Positions 45,351-54,936 are shown, numbered from the stretch's first letter. The stretch: 64,000 bases of DNA from Pseudomonadaceae bacterium (GCA_900766265.1 CAAFUS010000013.1:255940-319939), one strand, 5' to 3'. Notes: generated from the letters alone by a model not told the origin. A program made the numbers and translations.

Positions 45351-45426
45351 TTACACCTCGTAAACTGCGCTTCTTCGTTCGTCTTCGCCTTGCCTGGCTC
45401 TAGCTCGCATGCCTTTGCACCCGGCC

Positions 45427-47217
45427 TTAGAGCAGGGGCTGTTGCCCCATGCGCGGCGTCCATTGGTACACCTCTCCCTGTGTGCTCCTGACGCGCAGCT
45501 CGTGGTACGAGTTGAGGCTGGCGTACAGCGCAAAGAATTCATTGAGTATCGAGGCGAAGAGGAACAGGTCTCCCTCGCCCAGGTAGCCGTCGGGGTCCAT
45601 CACCAGCTCCGTACGGACGCCGCGCACCGGCAGGCCGCGGTGCAATCGGTCGACGTGCTGGTGGCCGATTTCCCTGAGCCCGCCGAGCAAACGCTTGCTG
45701 ACCTTTTCGGCGTGCTGGTCGTAATAGCGCGGCAGGTCGTAGGTCTCGAGGATCACCTTGAGCGCCTCGACGTTTGCTAGCGACAGGTAGTTGAGCGACA
45801 TGTTGCTGATCAACTTCCAGATGAAGTCGCGGTGCAGCGGCGGCGCGTAGCTCGGCGTCACGGCGCTGATGTTGCGAAAGGTCAGGAACTCCGGCGTGTC
45901 CTCGCTGGGCAGGCAGATGTCGCCCAGGCGCAGCTGGCGCGGCAGGTTCTGGTTGGTGCAGGTCAGCTCGATGGACAGCGTCTCGTGCTGGTCCAGATTG
46001 CGCAGACCGAAGCTCAGGTAGGTCTCCAGTCCGTCGCCCAGCATCGAGGGTTGCTGGCGCACGCTGTAGTGCGGGCGCGCCACCGGAACATCGAAACTGG
46101 GGTCATGCTCGAAGGACTCGAACGGTACGTATTCTTCGTAGCCCATGCCGCCGGGTTTCCAACCGGTGACGCGGTCAACCGAAAAGACGCCGCACTGGCT
46201 GCTGTCGAGCTCTGACGGCATCAACAGGTACTGATCCTGCTTGCCATCCAGGCGAATCGGGATGGCGTCGTGCTCGAACAGGTTGACCACTGGCGTGCAG
46301 TACAGGCGCACGTTGTCCAGCGTCGGGCGGATACGCTGCACCCCGGCCTTGTGAATGTCGAAGCGCAGTTCGAAGCCGCGCGCCTGCTCCAGCACCTCCT
46401 GCGGAAGACGCTTGAGGGCATCGAGGCCGAGCACGTCGACGAACAGGAATTTTTCCTGGAAGGCGAAGTATTCCTGCAGGTAGCGATAGCCCCGGAAGGT
46501 GTTGAGCGGGTAAGGGATCAGTGCCTGGTCTTCGGCGAAGCCCACCGGCTCCAGCTTCGACGGATCGAGTTGCAGAGCGGGCAGGGCGACGCCGAACCCG
46601 TCGGTGAAGGGCTTGCCATCGGCATCCAGGGCGACCAGCTGCACGCCATCGAGATGCCGCAGCAGGCTCAGGTAAAGCATCTGGCTGATGTAGCGCTCGC
46701 CGGCCAGGTGCAGACGCAACTGCTTGAGGTTCAGCTCGCCGAGATGCCCGTCGGCTGTCATCTGCAGACGCAGGCTGAGCAGAGCACCGCCGCCCTTGAC
46801 CGAGTAGTCCAGCCCTTCGAGGCCCAATGGCAGGACCTCGGTGGCATAGGCGGTGCGAAAGCGGCAGGTCACACCCTGGATTGGCTTGGATTCGACCGGT
46901 GTGTTGCGCGGCACCATCAATGCAGGGCCTGGCCGCTTGACCGGATCGAATTGCAGCATGCTGAACGCCGGCAGCGGGCGCATGTAGTTCGGCCACAACA
47001 GGTGCATCAGCGAGTGGGTCAGCTCCGGCAGCTCGTCATCAAGCTTCTGGCGCAAACGCCCGGTCAGAAAGGCGAAGCCTTCCAGCAGCCGCTCGACATC
47101 CGGATCACGCCCGGCCTGGCCGAGAAACGGCGCCAGCGCCGGGCTGCGCTCGGAAAAGCGCTTACCGAGTTGGCGCAGGGCAGTGAGTTCGCTCTGGTAG
47201 TAGTGATTGAAAGACAT
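45427..47217 (-). CDS. tssF: T6SS baseplate protein TssF
   Basis: 596 aa with a TssF-type N-terminus (MSFNHYYQSELTALRQLGKRFSERSPALAPFL). Confidence 0.92.
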   Translation of the reverse strand: MSFNHYYQSELTALRQLGKRFSERSPALAPFLGQAGRDPDVERLLEGFAFLTGRLRQKLDDELPELTHSLMHLLWPNYMRPLPAFSMLQFDPVKRPGPALMVPRNTPVESKPIQGVTCRFRTAYATEVLPLGLEGLDYSVKGGGALLSLRLQMTADGHLGELNLKQLRLHLAGERYISQMLYLSLLRHLDGVQLVALDADGKPFTDGFGVALPALQLDPSKLEPVGFAEDQALIPYPLNTFRGYRYLQEYFAFQEKFLFVDVLGLDALKRLPQEVLEQARGFELRFDIHKAGVQRIRPTLDNVRLYCTPVVNLFEHDAIPIRLDGKQDQYLLMPSELDSSQCGVFSVDRVTGWKPGGMGYEEYVPFESFEHDPSFDVPVARPHYSVRQQPSMLGDGLETYLSFGLRNLDQHETLSIELTCTNQNLPRQLRLGDICLPSEDTPEFLTFRNISAVTPSYAPPLHRDFIWKLISNMSLNYLSLANVEALKVILETYDLPRYYDQHAEKVSKRLLGGLREIGHQHVDRLHRGLPVRGVRTELVMDPDGYLGEGDLFLFASILNEFFALYASLNSYHELRVRSTQGEVYQWTPRMGQQPLL

Positions 47218-47245
47218 CAGCCAGCCATCCCTGTGAGGCCCATCA

Positions 47246-47521
47246 TCAAACGCCGATGACGATGGTGCCGGACCCGGCGATCACCGGATTGCCGTGATCA
47301 CCCGTAGTACCCACCGTAGTGGCCGGTTTGCCATTGATCAGCACTGTTGGGATGACCGCGCTGGCCAACGCGCTACCACAGGAGGTCGGGTCGCCCATGC
47401 GGGCGGCGGGCATGCCGTCGAACAGGACGTCAGGAGAGCCGGCCGCGATCGGGTTGGTGCCATGGCCCTTTTTCGGGCAATCGGTGGGGTCGCCCAGGCG
47501 GGCTGCGGGTTTACCGGACAT
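47246..47521 (-). CDS. PAAR-domain spike-sharpening protein (no extension domain)
   Basis: 91 aa with PAAR-like repeats (PAARLGDPTDC, MPAARMGDPTSCG, TTVGTTGDHG). Confidence 0.88.
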   Translation of the reverse strand: MSGKPAARLGDPTDCPKKGHGTNPIAAGSPDVLFDGMPAARMGDPTSCGSALASAVIPTVLINGKPATTVGTTGDHGNPVIAGSGTIVIGV

Positions 47522-47531
47522 CAGGCTCTCC

Positions 47532-47936
47532 TTAGTGGACCTTTACTTGTCCGCTGCCATCCAGGCTCGCGGAAAAACTCACATGACGCTTGAAGCCGTC
47601 GACTTCCAGCAGGCCTTCGATAGCGAACGACAGGCTCAGTGGATCGTGGTCGCGGGGCAGGGATATCACCCGGACCTGGCTCAAGCGGGGCTCGTACGCT
47701 TCGATGAAGCGTTCGATGGCGATACGCGCCTGTTGCAGCGAGTCGTGCAGCGACAGGCGCATATCGTTCAAATCGGGCAACCCGTAGTCGGGCAACGTTT
47801 GCACGCTGCCCGCCCGGGTGCTGAGCATTTTGGCCAAATGGGCAGCCACCGAAGCCATTGCCGCGACTTCGCGACTCCAGCCGGCGCGCTTGTCGGCGTC
47901 ACCGCCGAGGCGTTCGAAAAGGCTGCCGTAGGCCAT
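47532..47936 (-). CDS. tssE: T6SS baseplate protein TssE (gp25-like)
   Basis: 134 aa, begins MAYGSLFERLGG..., gp25/GPW-like; lies downstream of tssC. Confidence 0.9.
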   Translation of the reverse strand: MAYGSLFERLGGDADKRAGWSREVAAMASVAAHLAKMLSTRAGSVQTLPDYGLPDLNDMRLSLHDSLQQARIAIERFIEAYEPRLSQVRVISLPRDHDPLSLSFAIEGLLEVDGFKRHVSFSASLDGSGQVKVH

Positions 47937-47942
47937 GGGTGC

Positions 47943-49421
47943 TTATTCCTTATCCAGCTTGCCAACCAGCGACAGGGTGAAATCGGCACCCATGTACTTG
48001 AAGTGCGGACGCACGTTCAGGCTGACGCGGTACCAGCCCGGTTCGCCCTCGACATCGCTGACGATCACCTGGGCGGCGCGCAGCGGGCGACGGCTGCGGA
48101 CCTCGGAGCTCGGGTTCTCCTGGTCGGCCACGTACTGGCGGATCCACTTGTTCAGTTCCAACTCAAGGTCGGTACGCTCTTTCCAGGCACCGATCTGCTC
48201 GCGCTGCAGCACCTTGAGGTAGTGTGCGAGGCGGTTGACGATGAACAGGTAAGGCAGCTGAGTGCCGAGCTTGTAGTTGAGCTCGGCGTTCTTGCCTTCT
48301 TCGCTGTTGCCGAAGAACTTCGGCTTTTGCGCTGAGTTGGCCGAGAAGAACGCAGCGTTGTCGCTGCCCTTGCGCATGGTCAGGGCGATGAAACCTTCTT
48401 CGGCCAGCTCGTATTCACGACGGTCGGAGACCAGCACTTCGGTCGGGATCTTGGTTTCGATCTCGCCCATGCTCTCGAAGTGGTGCAGCGGCAGGTCTTC
48501 GACTGCGCCACCGCTCTGCGGGCCGATGATGTTCGGGCACCAGCGGAACTTGGCGAAGCTGTCGGTCAAACGGCTGGCGAAGGTGTAGGCGGTGTTGCCC
48601 CACAGGTAGTGCTCGTGGCTGTTGGCCACGTTTTCCTTGTAGACGAAGGACTTGACCGGGTTGTCTTCCGGGTCGTAGGGGTTGCGCAGCAGGAAGCGTG
48701 GCACGGTCAGACCGACGTAACGGGCGTCTTCCTGCTCGCGGAAGCTCTGCCACTTGGCGAACTGCGGGCCTTCGAAGTGATCCTTCAGGTCCTTGAGGTC
48801 CGGCAGGCCGGTGAAGCTCTCCAGGCCGAAGAATTTCGGGCCGGCGGCGGCAATGAAGGGCGCGTGGGACATGCTGGCGACGCTGGAGACGTACTGCAGG
48901 GTCTTGATGTCCGGCGCGCTCGGGTCAAAGAAGTAGTTGGCGATCAACGCGCCGACCGGCTGGCCGCCGAACTGGCCGTATTCAGCGGTGTAGATGTGCT
49001 TGTACAGGCCGGACTGGACGACTTCCGGGCTGTCCTCGAAGTCGTCGAGCAGGTCCTGCTTGGAGGCGTTGAGGATTTCGAGCTTGATGTTTTCGCGGAA
49101 GTTGGTGCGATCGACCAGCAGCTTGAGGCCGCGCCAGGAGGATTCCAATGCCTGGAACTGCTGATGATGGAGGATCTCGTCCATCTGGCGGCTGAGCTTG
49201 GCGTCGATTTCCGCGATCATGCGGTCGACCATGGCCTTCTTGACCGGCTCGTGCTCGTTCTGCGGCTTGAGGAGCTCTTCGATGAAGGCGGAGACGCCGC
49301 GTTTGGCGATGTCATAGGCCTCGTCGTCCGGAGTCAGTTTGGTTTCGGCGATGATGCGGTCGAGGATGCCGAGTTCGGCGAGGTTCTTGCCGCTTTCGAC
49401 GGCTGCTGCGCTAGTGCTCAT
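47943..49421 (-). CDS. tssC: T6SS contractile sheath large subunit TssC
   Basis: VipB/EvpB-like sequence. The start was set to the ATG at 49421 (MSTSAAAVESGKN...), 25 nt after the tssB stop. Confidence 0.95.
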   Translation of the reverse strand: MSTSAAAVESGKNLAELGILDRIIAETKLTPDDEAYDIAKRGVSAFIEELLKPQNEHEPVKKAMVDRMIAEIDAKLSRQMDEILHHQQFQALESSWRGLKLLVDRTNFRENIKLEILNASKQDLLDDFEDSPEVVQSGLYKHIYTAEYGQFGGQPVGALIANYFFDPSAPDIKTLQYVSSVASMSHAPFIAAAGPKFFGLESFTGLPDLKDLKDHFEGPQFAKWQSFREQEDARYVGLTVPRFLLRNPYDPEDNPVKSFVYKENVANSHEHYLWGNTAYTFASRLTDSFAKFRWCPNIIGPQSGGAVEDLPLHHFESMGEIETKIPTEVLVSDRREYELAEEGFIALTMRKGSDNAAFFSANSAQKPKFFGNSEEGKNAELNYKLGTQLPYLFIVNRLAHYLKVLQREQIGAWKERTDLELELNKWIRQYVADQENPSSEVRSRRPLRAAQVIVSDVEGEPGWYRVSLNVRPHFKYMGADFTLSLVGKLDKE

Positions 49422-49446
49422 GGTGTTGGCGTTCCTTGTCGAGTGT

Positions 49447-49953
49447 TCAGGCGTCCAGTTGTTCTTTCGCGGCGAGGCCCAGCTCACCGAGTACGCGGTC
49501 GCGCGAGACGTCGTCGGCGAGTACGCTTTCGATCGCCTTGCGGAAGGCCGGGGCATTGCCCAGCGGGCCTTTCAGGGCGACCAGCGCATCGCGCAGCTCC
49601 ATCAGCTTCTTCAGCTCGGGGACTTGCTCGACCAGGTTGGCCGGGTTGAAGTCCTTCATCGAGTTGATGTTCAGCTGCACGGCCAGCTCTTCGTCGGTGG
49701 GCTCGTCCTGCAGGCGATTGGGTACCGAGAAGGTGAGGTTCAGTTCCTGCTTGGCCAGGACTTCGTCGAAGCTGTTCTTGTCGATGGCGATGGGCTTGCG
49801 GTCTTCGATCTTGCGGTCGTCGGCGCGCTGGGTGAAATCGCCGAGCACCATCAGCTTGAGGGGCAGTTCCAACTCTTCCTGGGCGCCGCCGGTGGCGGGT
49901 TTGAAGGTGACGTTGATGCGTTCCTTTGGGGCTACCGAGCCTTCTTTGGCCAT
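49447..49953 (-). CDS. tssB: T6SS contractile sheath small subunit TssB
   Basis: MAKEGSVAPKERINVTFKPATGGAQEELELPLKLMVLGDF is the classic TssB/VipA N-terminus; 168 aa. Confidence 0.95.
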   Translation of the reverse strand: MAKEGSVAPKERINVTFKPATGGAQEELELPLKLMVLGDFTQRADDRKIEDRKPIAIDKNSFDEVLAKQELNLTFSVPNRLQDEPTDEELAVQLNINSMKDFNPANLVEQVPELKKLMELRDALVALKGPLGNAPAFRKAIESVLADDVSRDRVLGELGLAAKEQLDA

Positions 49954-49986
49954 GGGTCTTCTCCTTTGCGTTTACGGCCCGGGGGC

Positions 49987-51543
49987 CTAATCGAGTACCA
50001 CTTCGAGGTCGAGGTGGCACAGCCTGCGGTAAATCTCATCCTTGCTTTCACGCACGGCGTGGTTCTGCGGCAGCAGCTCACAGCAGCTATGCAGCAAACG
50101 CAGCACCTCGAGGGCGAGATCGGGTTCCCAGTCGCCGAGGCCCGTGGCCTGCAGCGTCTGATCGAGGGATTCGAGCTGGGTCTTGGCCAGGTCGTATTTC
50201 TTGGCCTGGAAGCACAGCCGAGCCAAGGTCAGCTGCCAGAAGAAGCGCTCACGCCCGCCTCGGGCCTGGTTAAGCCCAAGCTTGAGCTTCTGCACGGCGC
50301 TTTTGAGGCCGTCTTTGCGCAGCTGAGGAAGCACGTCCTGCAGGGCTTCTTCCCAGGCGGGCGTGCCGCCCTGGCTGGCAACCGGCTCGCTCGGGGCCTG
50401 GACGGGTTGCACGTGCGGCATCACCCGGGCGCTGATCCAGGCACGGGTCTCGGCATCGGCGAAAGGGGTGCCGTCGTGGAAGCGCAACTCATCGAGACCC
50501 GGCATGCGTTGCAGGAACAGTGCAAGCTGGATCTCAACCTCGCGCATCGCCTGTTCGGCGTCGAGTTCGTTCAAGCATTCCCAGGCTAGGCGCTGGCCGT
50601 CGAGCCAGAAGGGGGCTCGCGCGATGCTCGCCTCCAGATCCGCTAGCAGATCGGCATACAGTCCCTGGGTGAAGCGCTCGCGGTAGCTCGCGAGCTTGTC
50701 TGCCGGAATGCCGCGCAGGGCTGTGATTTGCTCGGCGTTGCGTTCTGGCAGGCTGTCGATAGAGAGCCAAAGCAGCGTACGAGACAAGCGTAGCGGTTTG
50801 AGGTCGGTGGCTTTCTGTTTTAGCCACCAGCTGCACAGCGGGCGGGCCTGGTCTTGAAGGCTGCGCAGGCTCTTGTGAGCGTCTTTTTCGTGCTCGACGG
50901 GGGTCGTCGCGGTGAACACCTGTGCAGCGGCCTGCTTGACCTGGGCGATCGCCGCTCCGACGGTGCCGGGCTGTGGGTGCGCGGCTCCGGCGCGCTTGAC
51001 CATGTCGTCGAGGCGACGGCACACCGGCAGCAGCAGGGGAGCGTCCTCGCCCAGGTGACCGGACAGGCAGCCCTCGAGGGCGCGAAGGTCATCGGCCAGC
51101 TTGCGAAACAGGGGAAGCTGCTCGCCGATCGGCACATGCTCGGCGAGAGCCTGCTCCAGGCGCGGCACCAGCCAGGAGATGGCGGCCGCGCGGGTGCGGG
51201 GTTTGAGCGGGTGAAGCTCGGTCCAGTGATGGATGCACAGGTACTGCAGCAGGCTCACGCCGGCCTGCAGGCCGGCAAAGGACTCGCGCTGGTAAAGGCT
51301 CCAGGTGAGCCAGGCGCAGGCACGCAGATCCTTCGACTGGGTGCTGAGCAGCGCTTCGCTGCCTTCGCGGATCTTCTGCCAGTCGATGCCGCCGGTCTCG
51401 TGAACCGCGCTGGCCTTGCCCAGCTCCGCTTCGAGAAGCTCGTACCCGGGGGTGTAGCGGCTGTCTTCGCCAGCGAAACTGCTATCGGAAATCGGCGCTT
51501 TGGCCAGTTTCAAATAATGAGAGGTCAGTGTTTCTGAATACAT
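49987..51543 (-). CDS. tssA: T6SS protein TssA (ImpA N-terminal domain)
   Basis: ImpA_N-type motif PISDSSFAGEDSRYTPGYELLEAEL; 518 aa; first gene of the tssABC operon. Confidence 0.9.
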   Translation of the reverse strand: MYSETLTSHYLKLAKAPISDSSFAGEDSRYTPGYELLEAELGKASAVHETGGIDWQKIREGSEALLSTQSKDLRACAWLTWSLYQRESFAGLQAGVSLLQYLCIHHWTELHPLKPRTRAAAISWLVPRLEQALAEHVPIGEQLPLFRKLADDLRALEGCLSGHLGEDAPLLLPVCRRLDDMVKRAGAAHPQPGTVGAAIAQVKQAAAQVFTATTPVEHEKDAHKSLRSLQDQARPLCSWWLKQKATDLKPLRLSRTLLWLSIDSLPERNAEQITALRGIPADKLASYRERFTQGLYADLLADLEASIARAPFWLDGQRLAWECLNELDAEQAMREVEIQLALFLQRMPGLDELRFHDGTPFADAETRAWISARVMPHVQPVQAPSEPVASQGGTPAWEEALQDVLPQLRKDGLKSAVQKLKLGLNQARGGRERFFWQLTLARLCFQAKKYDLAKTQLESLDQTLQATGLGDWEPDLALEVLRLLHSCCELLPQNHAVRESKDEIYRRLCHLDLEVVLD

Positions 51544-51624
51544 CGTCCCTGACTCGCAAGTTCAATCCCTGAACTTATGGGACGCTCGCCTATATAGAAG
51601 GCAAACGCCTTGTGATTCGAAGAG

Positions 51625-51667
51625 TGCGCAATATCTTGCGCACCTTACTTGCGCAGAATTTTGCGCA
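51625..51667. promoter_or_regulatory. Array of four TGCGCA palindromes upstream of tssA (candidate operator/UAS)
   Basis: TGCGCA at 51625-30, 51637-42, 51650-55 and 51662-67, with start-to-start spacing of 12, 13 and 12 bp. Three are extended to TTGCGCA. The array lies 82-124 bp upstream of the tssA ATG. Confidence 0.4.
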
Positions 51668-52038
51668 GTCCTTATGGGATGGGCATCCTAGACGCCGTGA
51701 CCGGTGGGTTCAAGTTTGAAAATGTGACCTGCCCTGCAGCGTTATACATACAGTCGAAAGCGAGGGAACTTTGCCGAGAAGTTGTTAGAAGGCGAATGAA
51801 CTTTGAATTAAATCTCGCTGAGAAATATTGCCGTGGATATGTAAGAGATTGCTTACATGAAACTTGGCGGCAAGTCACAGTATATGAGGCGCAAGTAGCT
51901 TATATGGCCGCAGGCATAGAGAAGGCTTCCTCCTTCGAGGAAGGGGTAGCTTCTGGGGCAGGGCCTTCACGGGGCCCTGGTGGGGGCAATGATGATTGCG
52001 GGCTCGCGCCGCTGGCGGCCTCCGTCGCGCCGCGATCG

Positions 52039-52935
52039 TCAGCGCAGGGGCTGGCTTTCGAGGGTCAGGCCGAGGGTGTGGCGGGCACCGGGTGCCAGGA
52101 CGATCAGGTCGTCCAGCACGTTGGCAGTCTCGATGCAGAGCATGCGCTGCCAGGCGTCGTCGGCGAAACTGCTGAGCCGCTGCGCCTTGGCGATCCAGGG
52201 GTTCCACAGTACGGCGGACGCCGAGCCCCGGCTGGTCAGGACGAGGCGCCGATTCCAGCCGGCGTCCACCAGGCTCAGCGTTGGTTCCAGGTCCAGGTAG
52301 ATGCGATCGGTCTCCCCGGTGAAGCGCAGATCGCCGTGCTGCTGGCGTTGCTGCCAGTCCTCCAGCGTCTCGATGTAGCGCCGCCCGTCCAACCCCGTGA
52401 CCGAGACCTGATGGATGTCGCTGATGGCGAAGTAGGTGTGCAGAGCCTGGCTGAGCGCCAGCGGGTCTTCGCCCAGGTTCTCGGTGGTCAGATCCAGGTG
52501 TAGCGCCTGGTCCAGGCAGATTTCCAGTTGCAGGCCCGCATGCCATGGCCATTGCGGCAATCCTGCTGCAGCCTGCGAACACGTCAGGCGAAGAGTCACG
52601 CCGTCGGCGTCGGCTACGGGATCCTCCATCCTCCAGTCGATCGCGCGCACCAGGCCGTGTGCCGGTGCGGCATCGCCCTGGTAGTGCTGCTGCACGCCCT
52701 GTGGGTTGCGGGCAAGGTCGCCGAACCAGGGCCAGCACACCGGAACGCCGCCGCGTACCGATTGACCGCTGCGCAGCGCCGCCTCTTCGCTCAGCCAAAT
52801 GATCGGTGGCGCATCCCCGCGCCGGTAGCTGAGCACCTGGGCGCCCTGTTCGGCGACGAGCAGCTCGGCATCGCCATGGCGGATGCGCCAGCAGCTCAGT
52901 TGATCGCGTTCGAGACGTTTAATATCGGCGGGCAT
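52039..52935 (-). CDS. D-hexose-6-phosphate mutarotase (aldose 1-epimerase family, YeaD-like)
   Basis: 298 aa from the ATG at 52935 (MPADIKRLERDQLSCWRIRHGDAELLVAEQGAQVLSY...). The upstream part of the 548-aa track ORF is a read-through artefact. Confidence 0.75.
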   Translation of the reverse strand: MPADIKRLERDQLSCWRIRHGDAELLVAEQGAQVLSYRRGDAPPIIWLSEEAALRSGQSVRGGVPVCWPWFGDLARNPQGVQQHYQGDAAPAHGLVRAIDWRMEDPVADADGVTLRLTCSQAAAGLPQWPWHAGLQLEICLDQALHLDLTTENLGEDPLALSQALHTYFAISDIHQVSVTGLDGRRYIETLEDWQQRQQHGDLRFTGETDRIYLDLEPTLSLVDAGWNRRLVLTSRGSASAVLWNPWIAKAQRLSSFADDAWQRMLCIETANVLDDLIVLAPGARHTLGLTLESQPLR

Positions 52936-53021
52936 GGGTACTCCCTGGTGAGGTCGTGGGGGCGAGTGATGTTGTCGCCCGGAAAAGAACAACGCCCGTC
53001 GAGGACGGGCGTTGGTTGGAC

Positions 53022-54398
53022 TTATCGGCTGTAGACCTGTTCCGGAAGCCAGGTAATGATTCCAGGCCACATGTAAGCGACGACGAGCATGCCGATCTGG
53101 ATCATGATGAAGGGAATCACACCCTTGTACATGACGCTGGTCGGTACGCTCCGGGGCGTGACGCCGCGCAGGTAGAACAGCGAGAAACCGAAGGGCGGCG
53201 TGAGGAAGGAGGTCTGCAGGTTGAGGGCGAACATCACGCCCAGCCAAACCGGGTCCAGCCCCATGGCCAGCAGGATCGGGCCGACGATGGGCACGACCAC
53301 GAAGATGATCTCGATGAAGTCGAGGATGAAACCGAGCAGGAAAATTACCAGCATCACGACCAGGAAGGCGCCGAGCACGCCGCCAGGGAGCTGATGCAGG
53401 GCGTCCTCGATCAGCGCTTCCCCACCGAAGCCGCGGAACACCAGCGAGAACAGCGAGGCTCCGATCAGGATCAGGAACACCATAGAGGTGATTTCCGTGG
53501 TGCCGAAGGCGACGTCCTTGAGTTGCTTGAAGTCGAGTTGGCGCTTGGCCAGCGACAGGATGGTGGCGCCCAGCGCACCGATTGCGGCCGCTTCGGTCGG
53601 CGTAGCGTAGCCGGCCAGGATAGAGCCGAGCACTGCCCCGATCAGCAGCAGCGGCGGCAGCAGGGCGGCAACCAGCTTGCCCCATTCGATAGGGCCCAGC
53701 TCTTCCTGGGGCAGCGCCGGCAGCTTCTTCGGCTGGAAGATTGCGGTCAGGGCCAGGTAGAGAATGTAGAGACCGACCAGCACAAGACCGGGAATCAGCG
53801 CGCCAACGAACAGGTCACCCACCGAAACGGTCTTTGGCGAAAAGATGCCCATCTTCAGTTGCGCCTGCTGGAAGGCGCTGGACATCACGTCGCCCAGCAG
53901 CACCAGGATGATCGAAGGCGGAATGATCTGGCCAAGGGTGCCGGTCGCGGCCAGCGTGCCGGTTGCGATGGCTGGGTCATAGCCCCGGCGCAGCATGGTA
54001 GGCAGCGCCATCAGGCCCATGGTCACGACGGTGGCGCCGACGATGCCGGTGCTGGCGGCCAGCAGGGCGCCGACTACGCAGACGGAAATCGCCAGGCCGC
54101 CGCGCATGGTGCCGAACAGGCGCGACATGGATTCGAGCAGGTCCTCGGCTACGCGGGACTTTTCCAGCATCACGCCCATGAAGACGAACAGCGGCACTGC
54201 CAGCATCGTCTGGTTGTTCATGATGCCGAAGATGCGGTTGGGGAGCGCGTGCAGGAAGCCGACGTCGAAGGTGCCGGTCACCACGCCGATGCCGGCGAAC
54301 AACAGGGCCATGCCGCCCAGGGTGAACGCCACGGGGTAACCCGACATCAGCGCGATGCAGATACTGACGAACAGCAGGATCGCCATGATCTCAGCCAT
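53022..54398 (-). CDS. TRAP transporter large permease subunit (DctM family)
   Basis: 458-aa polytopic protein with DctM-like sequence. It overlaps the small-subunit gene by 8 nt. Confidence 0.9.
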   Translation of the reverse strand: MAEIMAILLFVSICIALMSGYPVAFTLGGMALLFAGIGVVTGTFDVGFLHALPNRIFGIMNNQTMLAVPLFVFMGVMLEKSRVAEDLLESMSRLFGTMRGGLAISVCVVGALLAASTGIVGATVVTMGLMALPTMLRRGYDPAIATGTLAATGTLGQIIPPSIILVLLGDVMSSAFQQAQLKMGIFSPKTVSVGDLFVGALIPGLVLVGLYILYLALTAIFQPKKLPALPQEELGPIEWGKLVAALLPPLLLIGAVLGSILAGYATPTEAAAIGALGATILSLAKRQLDFKQLKDVAFGTTEITSMVFLILIGASLFSLVFRGFGGEALIEDALHQLPGGVLGAFLVVMLVIFLLGFILDFIEIIFVVVPIVGPILLAMGLDPVWLGVMFALNLQTSFLTPPFGFSLFYLRGVTPRSVPTSVMYKGVIPFIMIQIGMLVVAYMWPGIITWLPEQVYSR

Positions 54399-54936
54399 GC
54401 TTGACCTCCATTTCCGGCAAGCGACCGGCGAGACGGTAGACGACCTTGATCAGGTCCGAGAGGGCCTGCAGGCACAGGCTCACGACCAGCACGAGGATGA
54501 TCGATTTCTGCAGGTAGACGAATTTCAGCCCGCCGGACTCGTTGGAGCGTTCGCCCGTCGCCCACGAATTGCTGACGTAGTCCCAGCTGTTCCAGCCGAG
54601 GAACAGGCATACCGGCAACAGGAACAGCAGGTGGCCGAGCCCGTCGATCGTGCCTTGCCGGCGTGCGGAGAGCTTCTGATAGAAGATGTCGACGCGAACA
54701 TGCCCGCCGCGCTGAAGGGTCCAGGCCGCGGCGCCCATGAAGACCAGCGCGTGGGCGTACATCACCGCTTCCTGCAGGGCGATGGCGCCGATGCCGAAGC
54801 CATAGCGCAGGACCACGACGATGGCGGTGCCGAGAACGAGAAACAGGGTCAGCCAGGCGCAAAGCTGGCCGAGCCGCGCGTTGAGGGCATCGATGATGCC
54901 CGCCACGCGCAACGCGGCCGGAGTGGGTGCGGACAT
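54391..54936 (-). CDS. TRAP transporter small permease subunit (DctQ family)
   Basis: 181 aa with four hydrophobic segments, immediately upstream of the DctM gene. Confidence 0.8.
   Translation of the reverse strand: MSAPTPAALRVAGIIDALNARLGQLCAWLTLFLVLGTAIVVVLRYGFGIGAIALQEAVMYAHALVFMGAAAWTLQRGGHVRVDIFYQKLSARRQGTIDGLGHLLFLLPVCLFLGWNSWDYVSNSWATGERSNESGGLKFVYLQKSIILVLVVSLCLQALSDLIKVVYRLAGRLPEMEVKHG

Noticed and set aside
51556-51569. Sigma-54-like element GGGATTGAACTTGC on the minus strand with correct GG-N10-GC spacing. Also the TGCGCA-N5-TTGCG arrangements inside the palindrome array.
   Set aside because: The first lies only about 12 nt from the tssA ATG and overlaps the ribosome-binding site, so it would give a leaderless transcript. 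The others have GC instead of the near-invariant GG at -24.
51649-52503. 284-aa plus-strand ORF starting in the tssA upstream region
   Set aside because: Most of it lies antisense to the well-supported mutarotase gene. The N-terminal part lies in AT-rich intergenic DNA with no ribosome-binding site that I could see.
52936-53685. N-terminal 250 codons of the 548-aa minus-strand ORF
   Set aside because: This is read-through of an open frame into the DctM gene region in a different frame. The mutarotase homology starts at the ATG at 52935.
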